A stretch of 31,081 nt of DNA, taken from IMG/VR virus record IMGVR_UViG_3300031820_000014, positions 1-31,081 of that record; one strand, given 5' to 3'. Position numbers and translations under genes: made by a program. This DNA comes from a virus. Taxonomy: Duplodnaviria > Caudoviricetes. Each line of letters opens with the position of its first letter. Positions within the stretch are counted from its first letter, which is position 1. Below are positions 7,410 through 15,817 of the stretch, one piece after another. Under the pieces are notes generated by a model. That model was not told the DNA's origin and did not search any database. It saw nothing but the letters and a program-made list of their open reading frames with translations.

Positions 7410-8862
7410 GGACACGGAGGTCAAGGTCAAGCGCGCCCGCCAGCAGACCCTACGCACGCAGTACCGGACCCTGCAGGAGATGGAGGGCCGCCAGTCGGCG
7501 ATCCGCTCCGAACTGGCCTCGATCTCCGCGATCCCCGAGCCGGCCGACGACGACCTGGCCTGGCAGACCACGCTCATCGCCGAGTTCGACGACCTGGAGG
7601 AGCTGGTCGAGCCGCTGCGCAAGCGGGCCAGGGACCTCGAGCGCGTCATGCACGCCGCGCAGAACCCGGTCAACGTGGAAGGCCCGAACACCGACAACCG
7701 CACGCCGGACCTGGTCACCCGCAACGTCATCGGCCAGGACCCGTTCCGGGACCTGCACCTCGTACGGCGCCACATGGTCGAGCCCGGCGAGTGCCGCGGC
7801 CGGGCGCTGGACGCGATCGAGATGGCCTCGCGCCGCGGGGATCTTTCCGACGACTACGCCCAGACCGCGACCAGGATGGCGGAGGTCAACTTCACCGGCC
7901 AGTCGAAGGTGGCGCAGCACATCCTGGAGACTGGTTCGCCGGAGTACCTGCAGGCATTCCGGGACTACATCCAGGACCCGCAGGCCAACTCCAACCGTGC
8001 CGCACTGTCGCTGACCCTGGCCAACGGCGGGTACCTCCTACCTTTCGTGCTCGATCCCTCCATAATCCTCACGAACGCCTCATCGGCGAACCCGTGGCGG
8101 CGGATCTCCCGGGTCGTCCAGACGACTTCCAATACTTGGAACGGAGTCAACTCCGCTGGCGTAACGGCAGCGATGATCGGTGAAGGCACGGTAGTCGCGG
8201 ATGCGACGCCAACCGTAGCGAACATCGTTATCACGCCACAGAAGGCGAACGCCTGGATCTTCGGCTCATACGAGGTCCTGGAGGACACCGACTTCGGCCA
8301 GCAGCTCCCGGTGCTCCTCGCCGACGCCAAGGACCGGCTAGAGGAAAGCCAGCTGGCCACCGGTAACGGCACCCCGCCGAACGTGCAGGGCGTCATCCCG
8401 GCAGCGACGATCGTGGTCACCACGGCGACCACGCTGGTGGTTGCGGTCGGCGACGTGTACGCGACGCAGCAGGTGCTCCCGGCCCGATTCCGCAACGCCC
8501 CGAACGCCGCCTGGGTGGCGAACGTGGCGCAGATCAACCGGTTCCGGCAGCTCGACACCGCCGGCGGTTCTTCGTTCTGGACGAACCTCGGCAAGGGCCA
8601 GCCGGCGACGCTGCTCGGCGCCCCGATCTACGAGTCGACAACGATGGACGCCACTGTCGCCGTCAACGCCCTCGAGGCGATCTACGGCGACTTTGCCCAG
8701 TTCATCATTTGCGACAGAGTGGGCGTAAGCATGATTTACGAACCATTGGTGAAGGATTCGGCTACAGGCAGACCAACCGGACAAGCAGGATGGTTCATGT
8801 TTTGGAGATTTGGCTCCCAGATCTCCACGACGAACGCCTTCCGCGTCATGAAGGGCAAGTAA
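7378..8862 (+). CDS. Major capsid protein (HK97 fold) with N-terminal delta/scaffold domain
   Basis: 494 aa from ATG 7378. Coiled-coil N-terminus, NRAALSLT..NGGYLLP, GEG, S.EVLED, GNG, LLGAPIYES, YGDF. Confidence 0.93.
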   Translation: MPETTTRDAPEDTEVKVKRARQQTLRTQYRTLQEMEGRQSAIRSELASISAIPEPADDDLAWQTTLIAEFDDLEELVEPLRKRARDLERVMHAAQNPVNVEGPNTDNRTPDLVTRNVIGQDPFRDLHLVRRHMVEPGECRGRALDAIEMASRRGDLSDDYAQTATRMAEVNFTGQSKVAQHILETGSPEYLQAFRDYIQDPQANSNRAALSLTLANGGYLLPFVLDPSIILTNASSANPWRRISRVVQTTSNTWNGVNSAGVTAAMIGEGTVVADATPTVANIVITPQKANAWIFGSYEVLEDTDFGQQLPVLLADAKDRLEESQLATGNGTPPNVQGVIPAATIVVTTATTLVVAVGDVYATQQVLPARFRNAPNAAWVANVAQINRFRQLDTAGGSSFWTNLGKGQPATLLGAPIYESTTMDATVAVNALEAIYGDFAQFIICDRVGVSMIYEPLVKDSATGRPTGQAGWFMFWRFGSQISTTNAFRVMKGK

Positions 8863-8880
8863 CTCCAGAACGTGTAGACG

Positions 8881-8950
8881 CCCTCCGGTAGCTCCGGAGG
8901 GAAGGAAGGCCCGGCATCCCCAGGTGTCGGGCCTTCCGCATACCTGGGAG
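8881..8950 (+). promoter_or_regulatory. Two hairpins with a pseudoknot/alternative pairing that covers an RBS
   Basis: CCCTCCGG/CCGGAGGG hairpin (8881-8901). GGAAGGCCCGGCA/TGTCGGGCCTTCC hairpin (8904-8937). CCCAGGT (8919-8925) is complementary to ACCTGGG (8942-8948). Confidence 0.6.
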
Positions 8951-9008
8951 AAACAAATGCAAAAGATTTGCGCCAGCTCCGACTGGTCATCTGAGAGGAA
9001 AGCAGCCG

Positions 9009-9221
9009 ATGGCCGCACGGTATGCGCTGGTCCCGTTCGTGTTCCAGAACACGGTCACCACGCAGATGGAGTCGGTGATCCAGGGTGCACAGCGGGACTC
9101 CGTCACGTCGCAGGCGTTCCTGGAGACCCCGGCGGCCTACTGGTCCACGACCCCGCTGGTCGCCGGTACGCAGATCAGCCCGCAGTTGGCCGCGTACCTC
9201 GCGACCTACCCGAACACATAG
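9009..9221 (+). CDS. Hypothetical phage protein
   Basis: 70 aa, RBS GAGAGGAAAG, GC3-biased codons. Confidence 0.7.
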   Translation: MAARYALVPFVFQNTVTTQMESVIQGAQRDSVTSQAFLETPAAYWSTTPLVAGTQISPQLAAYLATYPNT

Positions 9222-9229
9222 GAGACGCG

Positions 9230-9436
9230 ATGGCGCACAGAGCGCAGGACACGTTCGTGGCGACGCTGCCGGACGGGACGATGCGGCGGGTCAGCAAGGG
9301 CGACATCCTGGCCGACAACGACGAGATGGTCAAGCACGACCAGGCCGGGGACGGGGTGCTGTTCACGAAGCTGAACTTCGGCGAGGACGAGGAGCCGCCG
9401 AAGCCGACGCGGGGCAGGAAGGCAGCGGCGGGCTGA
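9230..9436 (+). CDS. Hypothetical phage protein (post-capsid small protein)
   Basis: ATG 9230 after AGGAG. MAHRAQDTFVA...KGDIL...LF...EPPKPTRGRK. Confidence 0.7.
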   Translation: MAHRAQDTFVATLPDGTMRRVSKGDILADNDEMVKHDQAGDGVLFTKLNFGEDEEPPKPTRGRKAAAG

Positions 9437-9759
9437 TGGCGACGCCGCCGGGCTACAAGGTCTGGGATCAGGTGGCGCCGGTGACCGTGGCCGCGTCGCC
9501 GCTGGTGTCCGGCTGGTACGACACGACTGGGTACACGAACCTGTTCATCTCCTACGTGTTCACCAACTCAACCGGCACGACCACCCTCACCATCGAGGGC
9601 AGTTTCGACGCGTCGACGCTGGAGACCGACATCGTCTACGCGGCGGTCGGTGCGACGCCGGCGACCGTGGCGGTGTTGACCCCGTACGTTCGGTTCCGCA
9701 TCGTTCAGGCGACGGCGGACGCGACCCGCACGAAGGCGTGCGCGCAGGCGAGGGCGTGA
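9436..9759 (+). CDS. Beta-rich putative virion/decoration protein
   Basis: TGATG coupling. Thr/Val-rich with TLTIEGSFD...YVRFRI, a jelly-roll-like pattern. Confidence 0.65.
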   Translation: MATPPGYKVWDQVAPVTVAASPLVSGWYDTTGYTNLFISYVFTNSTGTTTLTIEGSFDASTLETDIVYAAVGATPATVAVLTPYVRFRIVQATADATRTKACAQARA

Positions 9760-10079
9760 TGATTACTCCAGCAGACAGCGCACCGACCGCGCCGGAGCAC
9801 GTGCCGGTCTCGACGTTCGACATCCAGGCGCCGTACTCGCCCGGTTCCTCCTCGGCGATCTTCGTGGGTGGCAGTGCGGATGCCGGCGGCCGTGACGACG
9901 TGGCCGGCACCGTGGCCGCGGCGCAGGCCGCCGCCGAGGCGCGCTTCCACGAGCACCAGACCGACACCTACGGGCAGGGCTCGCAGATCGGCGACCTGAT
10001 GACCCTGCCGGACGTCGTGTCGGACCACAGCCTGACCACCGGCGGCGACGGCGTCGGGCACCCGTTCGAGGAGGACTGA
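9759..10079 (+). CDS. Acidic hypothetical protein (MITP paralog 1)
   Basis: TGATG coupling. Begins MITPADSAPTAPEHVPVSTFDIQAP. Confidence 0.7.
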   Translation: MITPADSAPTAPEHVPVSTFDIQAPYSPGSSSAIFVGGSADAGGRDDVAGTVAAAQAAAEARFHEHQTDTYGQGSQIGDLMTLPDVVSDHSLTTGGDGVGHPFEED

Positions 10080-10351
10080 TGATCACGCCTCGCGACACGC
10101 CCTCAGCGCCGGCGCAGTACGACGCCGTGCCGGTGCAGGACATGAACATCCAGGCACCACAGGAGGACCTGGCCGCGACGTTCGACGCGGCGAACGCGTT
10201 GGCCGGTGCTGGCGTCCTCTACACGCAAGGGCCGCGGCAGGCGCAGACCGAGGTGCTGCTGTCTTCGCCACAGGGCTTCGCCTCCGAGGGCTACGACATC
10301 GACGCCGGGTACGCGGCGGGCTGGGACACCAACGTCGAGCCCGGTGGCTGA
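10079..10351 (+). CDS. Acidic hypothetical protein (MITP paralog 2)
   Basis: TGATG coupling. Begins MITPRDTPSAPAQYDAVPVQDMNIQAP. Confidence 0.7.
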   Translation: MITPRDTPSAPAQYDAVPVQDMNIQAPQEDLAATFDAANALAGAGVLYTQGPRQAQTEVLLSSPQGFASEGYDIDAGYAAGWDTNVEPGG

Positions 10352-11033
10352 GCGCGCCGTCATCGGCTACTGCCATTCCAAGGACGTCGCCGCCGAGTTC
10401 TGCGCCTCTCTGTTCGCCATGGGAATGGAAGCCCAGACCCCGGTGGACGCGCTGCTGACCTACCGGTCGGGTCCGAATATCTCCACCGCCCGGAACAAGA
10501 TCGTGGCCGACTTTCTGGGCCGCGAGGGTTCGCCGGCGTGGCTGTTGATGGTCGACACGGACATGGTCTTCGCCGGCGACGCGCTGGACCGGCTTGTCGC
10601 GGCCGCCGACCCTGCCGAGCGTCCGCTGTTGGGTGCGTTGTGCTTCAGCCAGAACGGCGACGACGAACCGCACCCCGTCATGTACGAGCTCGGCCAGGGC
10701 GAGAACGGGTCGCTGGCCTTCATCCGCTACACGACCTGGCCGGATGACGCCTGTCAGCGGGTCTCGGCGACGGGTGCGGCGTTCCTGCTGATGCACCGCG
10801 GCGCGCTCGAGCGGATCGAAACGGTCAGCAAGGACCCCGCCGCGCCCTGGTTCCGCGAGTCCCCGGTAGGTGCCCCGCTCGCGCTCATGGGCGAGGACAT
10901 GACCTTCTGCCTGCGCGCCGCCGCGGCCGGTATCCCGGTGCACGTACATACGGGCGTGCAGGTCGGGCACATGAAACCGATCATGCTGGGGAAGGTCGGG
11001 TGGGCCGGTTGGTTGCATACTTCACGGCCGTGA
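10344..11033 (+). CDS. GT-A fold (GT2-like) glycosyltransferase
   Basis: ARN, WLLMVDTDMVF (DxD), GAAFLLMHR, GEDMTFC.R, VQVGH. GTG start at 10344. Confidence 0.85.
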   Translation: MAERAVIGYCHSKDVAAEFCASLFAMGMEAQTPVDALLTYRSGPNISTARNKIVADFLGREGSPAWLLMVDTDMVFAGDALDRLVAAADPAERPLLGALCFSQNGDDEPHPVMYELGQGENGSLAFIRYTTWPDDACQRVSATGAAFLLMHRGALERIETVSKDPAAPWFRESPVGAPLALMGEDMTFCLRAAAAGIPVHVHTGVQVGHMKPIMLGKVGWAGWLHTSRP

Positions 11034-11293
11034 GCAACGAGCTGCTGCCGGCGCTGCGCTCGGGCGAGGAAATGCCGGCGTGTCTGCGTCTCAAGCGTGA
11101 GGTCGCACCGATCGTCTCGCCGTACGGCGGGATGACCCTCGTCGAGTTCGAGGATGACGACGCGCCCGCCGAGCTGGCCGGCCGGACCGTGACGCCGACG
11201 ATCCAGTCGCACTACGACGAGCGCGGCGACCGGACCCACAACACAGTCCTCGGTCGCGACATCGACACCACCGAGTGGCAGTTGGCGCTGTGA
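11000..11293 (+). CDS. Hypothetical protein
   Basis: 97-aa ORF filling the gap between the GT and the adaptor, with overlaps at both ends. Confidence 0.55.
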   Translation: MGRLVAYFTAVSNELLPALRSGEEMPACLRLKREVAPIVSPYGGMTLVEFEDDDAPAELAGRTVTPTIQSHYDERGDRTHNTVLGRDIDTTEWQLAL

Positions 11294-11850
11294 GCGTCAT
11301 GTACTGCACGGTCGCCGAGCTGGCCAGCTTCTTGAAGCAGGACGTCGACACGAGCACCGCGACTCTCGCGATTCAGGTGTGCAGCGAGTTGTTCGCCAAG
11401 CGCGCGCACACCCGTTTCGAGTCCACCACGGCCACCTACAGCCAGCCCGGACTGAACACATTCCAGATCGTGCTGCCGTTCCAGCCGCTGATCGCCGTGC
11501 AGCAGGTGCGGATCACCCCGTTCGGTGGGACCCCGCAAATTCTGGCCACCACCGAGTACTCGGTCATCGGCCCGGCCATTTACCGGCGGCTTGGGTTCGG
11601 TAACTGGTGGCGGTTCCCGCCCGACCTCGTCGAGGTCGACTACACCCACGGCTTCACATCGGTTCCCGACGATGTGAAAGGCGCCGTTCTGGAGTCCGCC
11701 GGCGCCGCCTACATGGCCCCGGACATCACCACCAAGTCCGAGTCCATCGACGACTACTCGGTGTCCTCGGCGCCCAACACCGGTGGGTTCATGCTGTCGC
11801 CGTCCGCGCAGGTCCTCGCCGACTTCTACGCCGGCGCCCTGGTCGCCTGA
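11290..11850 (+). CDS. Head-to-tail adaptor/connector
   Basis: YCTVAELASFL, VEVDYTHGF..VPDDVKGAV, SESIDDYSVS. Confidence 0.85.
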   Translation: MSVMYCTVAELASFLKQDVDTSTATLAIQVCSELFAKRAHTRFESTTATYSQPGLNTFQIVLPFQPLIAVQQVRITPFGGTPQILATTEYSVIGPAIYRRLGFGNWWRFPPDLVEVDYTHGFTSVPDDVKGAVLESAGAAYMAPDITTKSESIDDYSVSSAPNTGGFMLSPSAQVLADFYAGALVA

Positions 11851-11882
11851 CCGTTTCCTCCTGCCCACGGAAAGGGGCTTCC

Positions 11883-12401
11883 ATGGCGCGCTACGGGGCG
11901 ACCCTGCTCTCGCAGGCCGGCCAACTGTCCGGTGTCAACGCGACCACCACCGTCAACGGCTACCTGGGCTACTGGGGGGCGTCGGCGACGTCGGGGTTCC
12001 GCCTCCGGCGCCTGCAGCTGGGGATCATCGCCGGCGCCAGCGTGCCGACCAGCCAGCAGATCTCGGTGGGCGTCTACCGCCAGACGGTGGCCCCGTCAGG
12101 TACGGGCCTGGCGGCGGCGGTGCTCGGGCAGCCGTTGGAGACGTGGACCCCGCAGACCGACCCCACGGTGGGCGTCATCGCCACCACGGCCACCACGATC
12201 GGCACGACCGGCCCGACGCTGGCGGCCAACCCGATCGCGGTGATCCCCTACAACACCCAGTCGATGACGGAGACGCAGTGGGAGTTCGTCGACGAGCTGG
12301 TGTGCGCGATCGGCACGGCGAACGGCATCGCGTTCGTCAACATCGGCAACACCCTGCCGGCCGCCCACTCGATCCGGCTCAACGTAGAGATCGAGGTGTG
12401 A
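11883..12401 (+). CDS. Putative virion structural protein (beta-sandwich, paralog A)
   Basis: ATG after GAAAGGGG. Thr/Gly/Ala-rich, ends ...IRLNVEIEV. Confidence 0.7.
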   Translation: MARYGATLLSQAGQLSGVNATTTVNGYLGYWGASATSGFRLRRLQLGIIAGASVPTSQQISVGVYRQTVAPSGTGLAAAVLGQPLETWTPQTDPTVGVIATTATTIGTTGPTLAANPIAVIPYNTQSMTETQWEFVDELVCAIGTANGIAFVNIGNTLPAAHSIRLNVEIEV

Positions 12402-12405
12402 CGGC

Positions 12406-12873
12406 GTGAAGGCTGGCTATTCCGCACCATCGGCCGCTGTGGTGGCGCTGGCCGCCGGCGTGGCCAAGAGTGTCATCGGGGTGCTCGCCCCGGCCCAGTT
12501 CGGGGTTGACCTCACCCGGCTCCGGCTGGCCTTCGACGGGGTGACCGCCTCGGCGATCCCGGCGCAGATCGAGGTCTGCCAGGCCACGTTCGCGACCAAC
12601 GCGCCCGGCACGAACTCGACGACGATCACCCCGGTGCAGGTCTACGGCCGGGCGATCACCGCCGGGTTCACCGCCGCGTCGAACTGGACCACCGAACCCA
12701 CGGTGCTGACCGTCGCCGACGCGTGGAGCCTGACCCCCAACGGCGGCACGGCCATCTACGACCAGCCGTTCAACGGCACCTTCGACTCGGCCGTGTCGAC
12801 CGGCTTCGTGGTCCGCATCACCGCCCCGGCGATCGTCAACGTGCGCCCGACCCTGTTCTTCGAGCGCTGCTAG
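12406..12873 (+). CDS. Putative virion structural protein (beta-sandwich, paralog B)
   Basis: 155 aa. Spacing of motifs resembles the preceding protein (L.RL.L....., G..V......VR..L.FE). Confidence 0.7.
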   Translation: MKAGYSAPSAAVVALAAGVAKSVIGVLAPAQFGVDLTRLRLAFDGVTASAIPAQIEVCQATFATNAPGTNSTTITPVQVYGRAITAGFTAASNWTTEPTVLTVADAWSLTPNGGTAIYDQPFNGTFDSAVSTGFVVRITAPAIVNVRPTLFFERC

Positions 12874-12885
12874 GGAACGGTCGCC

Positions 12886-14892
12886 GTGCCCGGCAACCAG
12901 ATGCCCGTGCCGATCGCCGCCGGTACACGCCCACGCCCGCCGGCCGCGGGCCAGGTCATCACCGCGCGTGGCAGCCTCGTCGACGACGCCCTGTTCGTCG
13001 TGCCCAACGCCCCGGACGCCGCCTTCGCCGACCAGGCCCAGCTGGACAACGTCGACCTTCAGGTGCTGGCCGCCTCGGCCCAGGGCACCGGCGTGGTCTG
13101 GGGCTGCGGGGTGGTCACGACCGGCGCGGCTGACGGCAGCGTGATCGTCGGCGCTGGCCAGGTCCGGCTGGTCGATACCCTGGTCACCGTCGCGCGGACC
13201 ACGGTGCCGATCGTGGCCAACGCGTCCGGCCTGCTGCGCTACGACCTGGTGGTTATTCCGGTCTCGGGAATACCGGTGGTGGTCGCCGGGACCCCCGCGG
13301 CCACGCCGGAGTTCCCGCCGATCCCGCCCTACTACGTGGCCGTGGCCGTTGTGCGGGTGGCCAACGGCCACGGCCCCACCACGGTCCTCGCACCGGGCGC
13401 GGTGGTCAGCAAGTCCGTGCGGGTCTCGAACCGGTTCGTCACCACCGGCGCCCCAGGGCAGGCCGGTACGGAGTGGCTGTTCCAGCAGACCGACCCGGCG
13501 AAGGTCATGGTCCGGTTGCGGGGCGCGCAGTGGGCCGGCGGCCCGTTCGCGAACACCTTCCTGGAGGTCGACGACTACCTGGACGCGCCGATCGCCTGGG
13601 TGTCCGGGGTCGGCGGGGTCGGGGTCAACGACGACCTGTACACCGCCTACAGCGTGCTGGGGGACTACCCGTTCAAGGCCGACATTTACGGGTTCCAGTG
13701 GCGTAAGTCGCAGTGCAGCTACGCCTTCGACGGGCCGCCGGGCAACATGCTGGACTGGCAGAGCGCCTGCCACGAGGTCTACCAGGCCACCCGGGCGCCC
13801 GCGTTCGGCATGTGGGGTGTGGTCGCCGCCTGCACCTTGGCGACTTTCGACTTCGCCCTGCCGCCGACCGCCTCCCCGACGAAGTACCGCCGGGGGCTTC
13901 GGCTGACGAACACCACCGGCGGTTCGATGTGGATCGCCACGTTCGGTGGCGCGGCAGCCCTGGGTGGGGTGGTTCCCGGCCAGGTGTACAGCCTCGTGGC
14001 CAACGTGCGCTCCAACTCGGCCGCCGCGGCCCGCAACGCCAACCTTAGGGTGGCCTGGTTCGACTCCGGCGGTACCCAGATCGGCACGGACATCGTCGGC
14101 TCGACCGTGTCGGTACCCAACACCGGCGTGTTCACCACGGTGGGCATGGCCGGCCAGATCGCCCCGGCGCTCGCGGCCAAGGTGCAGATGCAGATCGTGG
14201 TCGCCAGCGCCATCAACGAGTCCCACGATGTCGTCGGTTGCGGGATCATGAAGGGCACCAGCGAGGCCAAGTTCGGGCCGCCGTTCGTGGCGCAGCACCT
14301 GGACAGCGAACCGCCGGTCGCCAACGGCTCCATCGCCGGTGACCACTGGTACCGCACCGACACGACACTGGTTCCCGGCAAGCGCGAGTACGTCCAGACC
14401 GTGGGCACGAAGGCCGCCCCGGCGCATCCGGAGAACCAGATCTGGGTCCCGCTGGACTCCTCCGACGTCAAGCGGCTGCTCACCGACGTCAGCTTCACCT
14501 CCACGACGCTGGCGCCGGTGACCCCGTACTTTGACGTGTCGGTGGCCGCCAACGAGCAGTACGAGATCGAGTACCTGCTGGCGATCACCAGTGCCGCGAC
14601 GACCACCGGGTGGCAGTTCTCCATCACCGGCCCGGCCTCCCCGGTCTCGGTGCTGGGCGTGTGCGAGTACCAGTCCTCGGCTACGGCCTGGACGACGGCC
14701 ACGATCCAAGCCTTTGCCGCGTTCACGGCCACCGCAGCGGCGTACGTGGCGACCCCGTCGCAGATCCTGGTCCGGATCACGGTGGTGCTGGTCAACGGCG
14801 TCAACGCCGGCACGGTGGCGCTGAACGTGAAGACGGCGGTTGCCGCCTCGGCGATCGTCGTCAAGCAGGGTTCGACGACCACCGTGAGCTGA
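12886..14892 (+). CDS. Fibre/receptor-binding-like protein with CBM4/9-like domain
   Basis: 668 aa. N-terminal GVVWGC.V...RYDLVV...GTPAATP..P anchor-like domain. V.PGQVYSL.ANVRS...LRVAWFDSGGTQI is CBM-like. Beta-rich C-terminal domain. Confidence 0.7.
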   Translation: MPGNQMPVPIAAGTRPRPPAAGQVITARGSLVDDALFVVPNAPDAAFADQAQLDNVDLQVLAASAQGTGVVWGCGVVTTGAADGSVIVGAGQVRLVDTLVTVARTTVPIVANASGLLRYDLVVIPVSGIPVVVAGTPAATPEFPPIPPYYVAVAVVRVANGHGPTTVLAPGAVVSKSVRVSNRFVTTGAPGQAGTEWLFQQTDPAKVMVRLRGAQWAGGPFANTFLEVDDYLDAPIAWVSGVGGVGVNDDLYTAYSVLGDYPFKADIYGFQWRKSQCSYAFDGPPGNMLDWQSACHEVYQATRAPAFGMWGVVAACTLATFDFALPPTASPTKYRRGLRLTNTTGGSMWIATFGGAAALGGVVPGQVYSLVANVRSNSAAAARNANLRVAWFDSGGTQIGTDIVGSTVSVPNTGVFTTVGMAGQIAPALAAKVQMQIVVASAINESHDVVGCGIMKGTSEAKFGPPFVAQHLDSEPPVANGSIAGDHWYRTDTTLVPGKREYVQTVGTKAAPAHPENQIWVPLDSSDVKRLLTDVSFTSTTLAPVTPYFDVSVAANEQYEIEYLLAITSAATTTGWQFSITGPASPVSVLGVCEYQSSATAWTTATIQAFAAFTATAAAYVATPSQILVRITVVLVNGVNAGTVALNVKTAVAASAIVVKQGSTTTVS

Positions 14893-14911
14893 ACGGGGGA
14901 TCGGCACCGCC

Positions 14912-15808
14912 GTGGCCGTGTTCACGCTTCGAGGCTCGACGCTTCGTGGTGGCGACACCCTCCGCGGCCCCGCCACCGTCCCCGCCTTCGTCCCGGCACC
15001 GACCCGCCCACGTCCGCACCCGGCATGGCTTCGCCGGCCCCGCGCGAGCATCACCGCCCCGCCGCCGGGGCAGGAGCTGCCGCCGGCGAACGTCCGGACC
15101 CGGCCGCGACCCTGGCCGCCGCCGCGACGTAGGGGATCCGCCCCGCCGCCGCCCGCCCAGCAGCTGCCACCGACCAACACCCGGACCCGGCCGCAACCAC
15201 CACCACCGCGTCGGAGGCCACCCGCGCCGCCCGTTCCGGCGCAGCCGGGTCCCTGCCAGCAGCCGCGCGTCCGCCCACGTCCCGCCCGGCCGCCCCGCCC
15301 CCGCGTCGTCTCCCCGGTCCCACCGCAGGAACGCCCTCCGCCCGCGGTCCGGGTCAGGCCCCGGCCCCGGCCCGCGAAGCTGTTCGCGGCCCGTGCCGCG
15401 CAGGTCCTGCCACCTCAGGCGCTCGCCCCGCCTGTGCCCGTGTACCCGCCGCAGGCGGTCCGGGCGAGGAGGACGGCCTGGGGGATGCGCCGCCGCCGGG
15501 CGCAGGTCGACGGCTGGATCACCGCGGCCGGCTGCCGCACGCTCCGGCCGGTCGGCGGGGTGACGGCGTACCAGACAGCGACCACGACCCGCCCAGCTAC
15601 CGGCACCACGTCCCGCCCGGCCTCGGGCACGACGGCGTACCCGAGCGCGACCACGTCCCGCCCGGCCTCGGGCACGACGGCGTACCCCGGCGCGGCGACC
15701 GCCCGACCGTCGTCCGGGACCACGTCCCGCCCGGCGACCGGGACGACCCCGGCCCCGCCGGCGACGACGTCGCGGCCGGACACCGGTGTCACCGCCGACC
15801 CGTGCTGA
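14912..15808 (+). CDS. Pro/Arg-rich low-complexity protein with C-terminal TTxRPxxG repeats
   Basis: 298-aa ORF in operon order. Stop is followed by the GGAGG RBS of the next gene. Confidence 0.6.
   Translation: MAVFTLRGSTLRGGDTLRGPATVPAFVPAPTRPRPHPAWLRRPRASITAPPPGQELPPANVRTRPRPWPPPRRRGSAPPPPAQQLPPTNTRTRPQPPPPRRRPPAPPVPAQPGPCQQPRVRPRPARPPRPRVVSPVPPQERPPPAVRVRPRPRPAKLFAARAAQVLPPQALAPPVPVYPPQAVRARRTAWGMRRRRAQVDGWITAAGCRTLRPVGGVTAYQTATTTRPATGTTSRPASGTTAYPSATTSRPASGTTAYPGAATARPSSGTTSRPATGTTPAPPATTSRPDTGVTADPC
15605..15687 (+). repeat. 38-nt exact direct repeat, period 45 nt, within degenerate TTSRPASG repeats
   Basis: ACCACGTCCCGCCCGGCCTCGGGCACGACGGCGTACCC at 15605 and 15650. Confidence 0.9.
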
Positions 15809-15817
15809 GGAGGTGCC

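Noticed and set aside
8924-9436. Single 170-aa ORF after the capsid
   Set aside because: It overlaps the better-supported 9009-9221 gene. Only 9230-9436 has its own RBS and a plausible sequence.
12379-15180. 933-aa minus-strand ORF
   Set aside because: Antisense shadow of the structural genes with Arg/Gly/His-rich off-frame composition.
15590-15790. Possible CRISPR array or DGR repeat
   Set aside because: Repeats are in-frame coding units without unique spacers or adenine-specific variation. No cas or reverse transcriptase gene is present.
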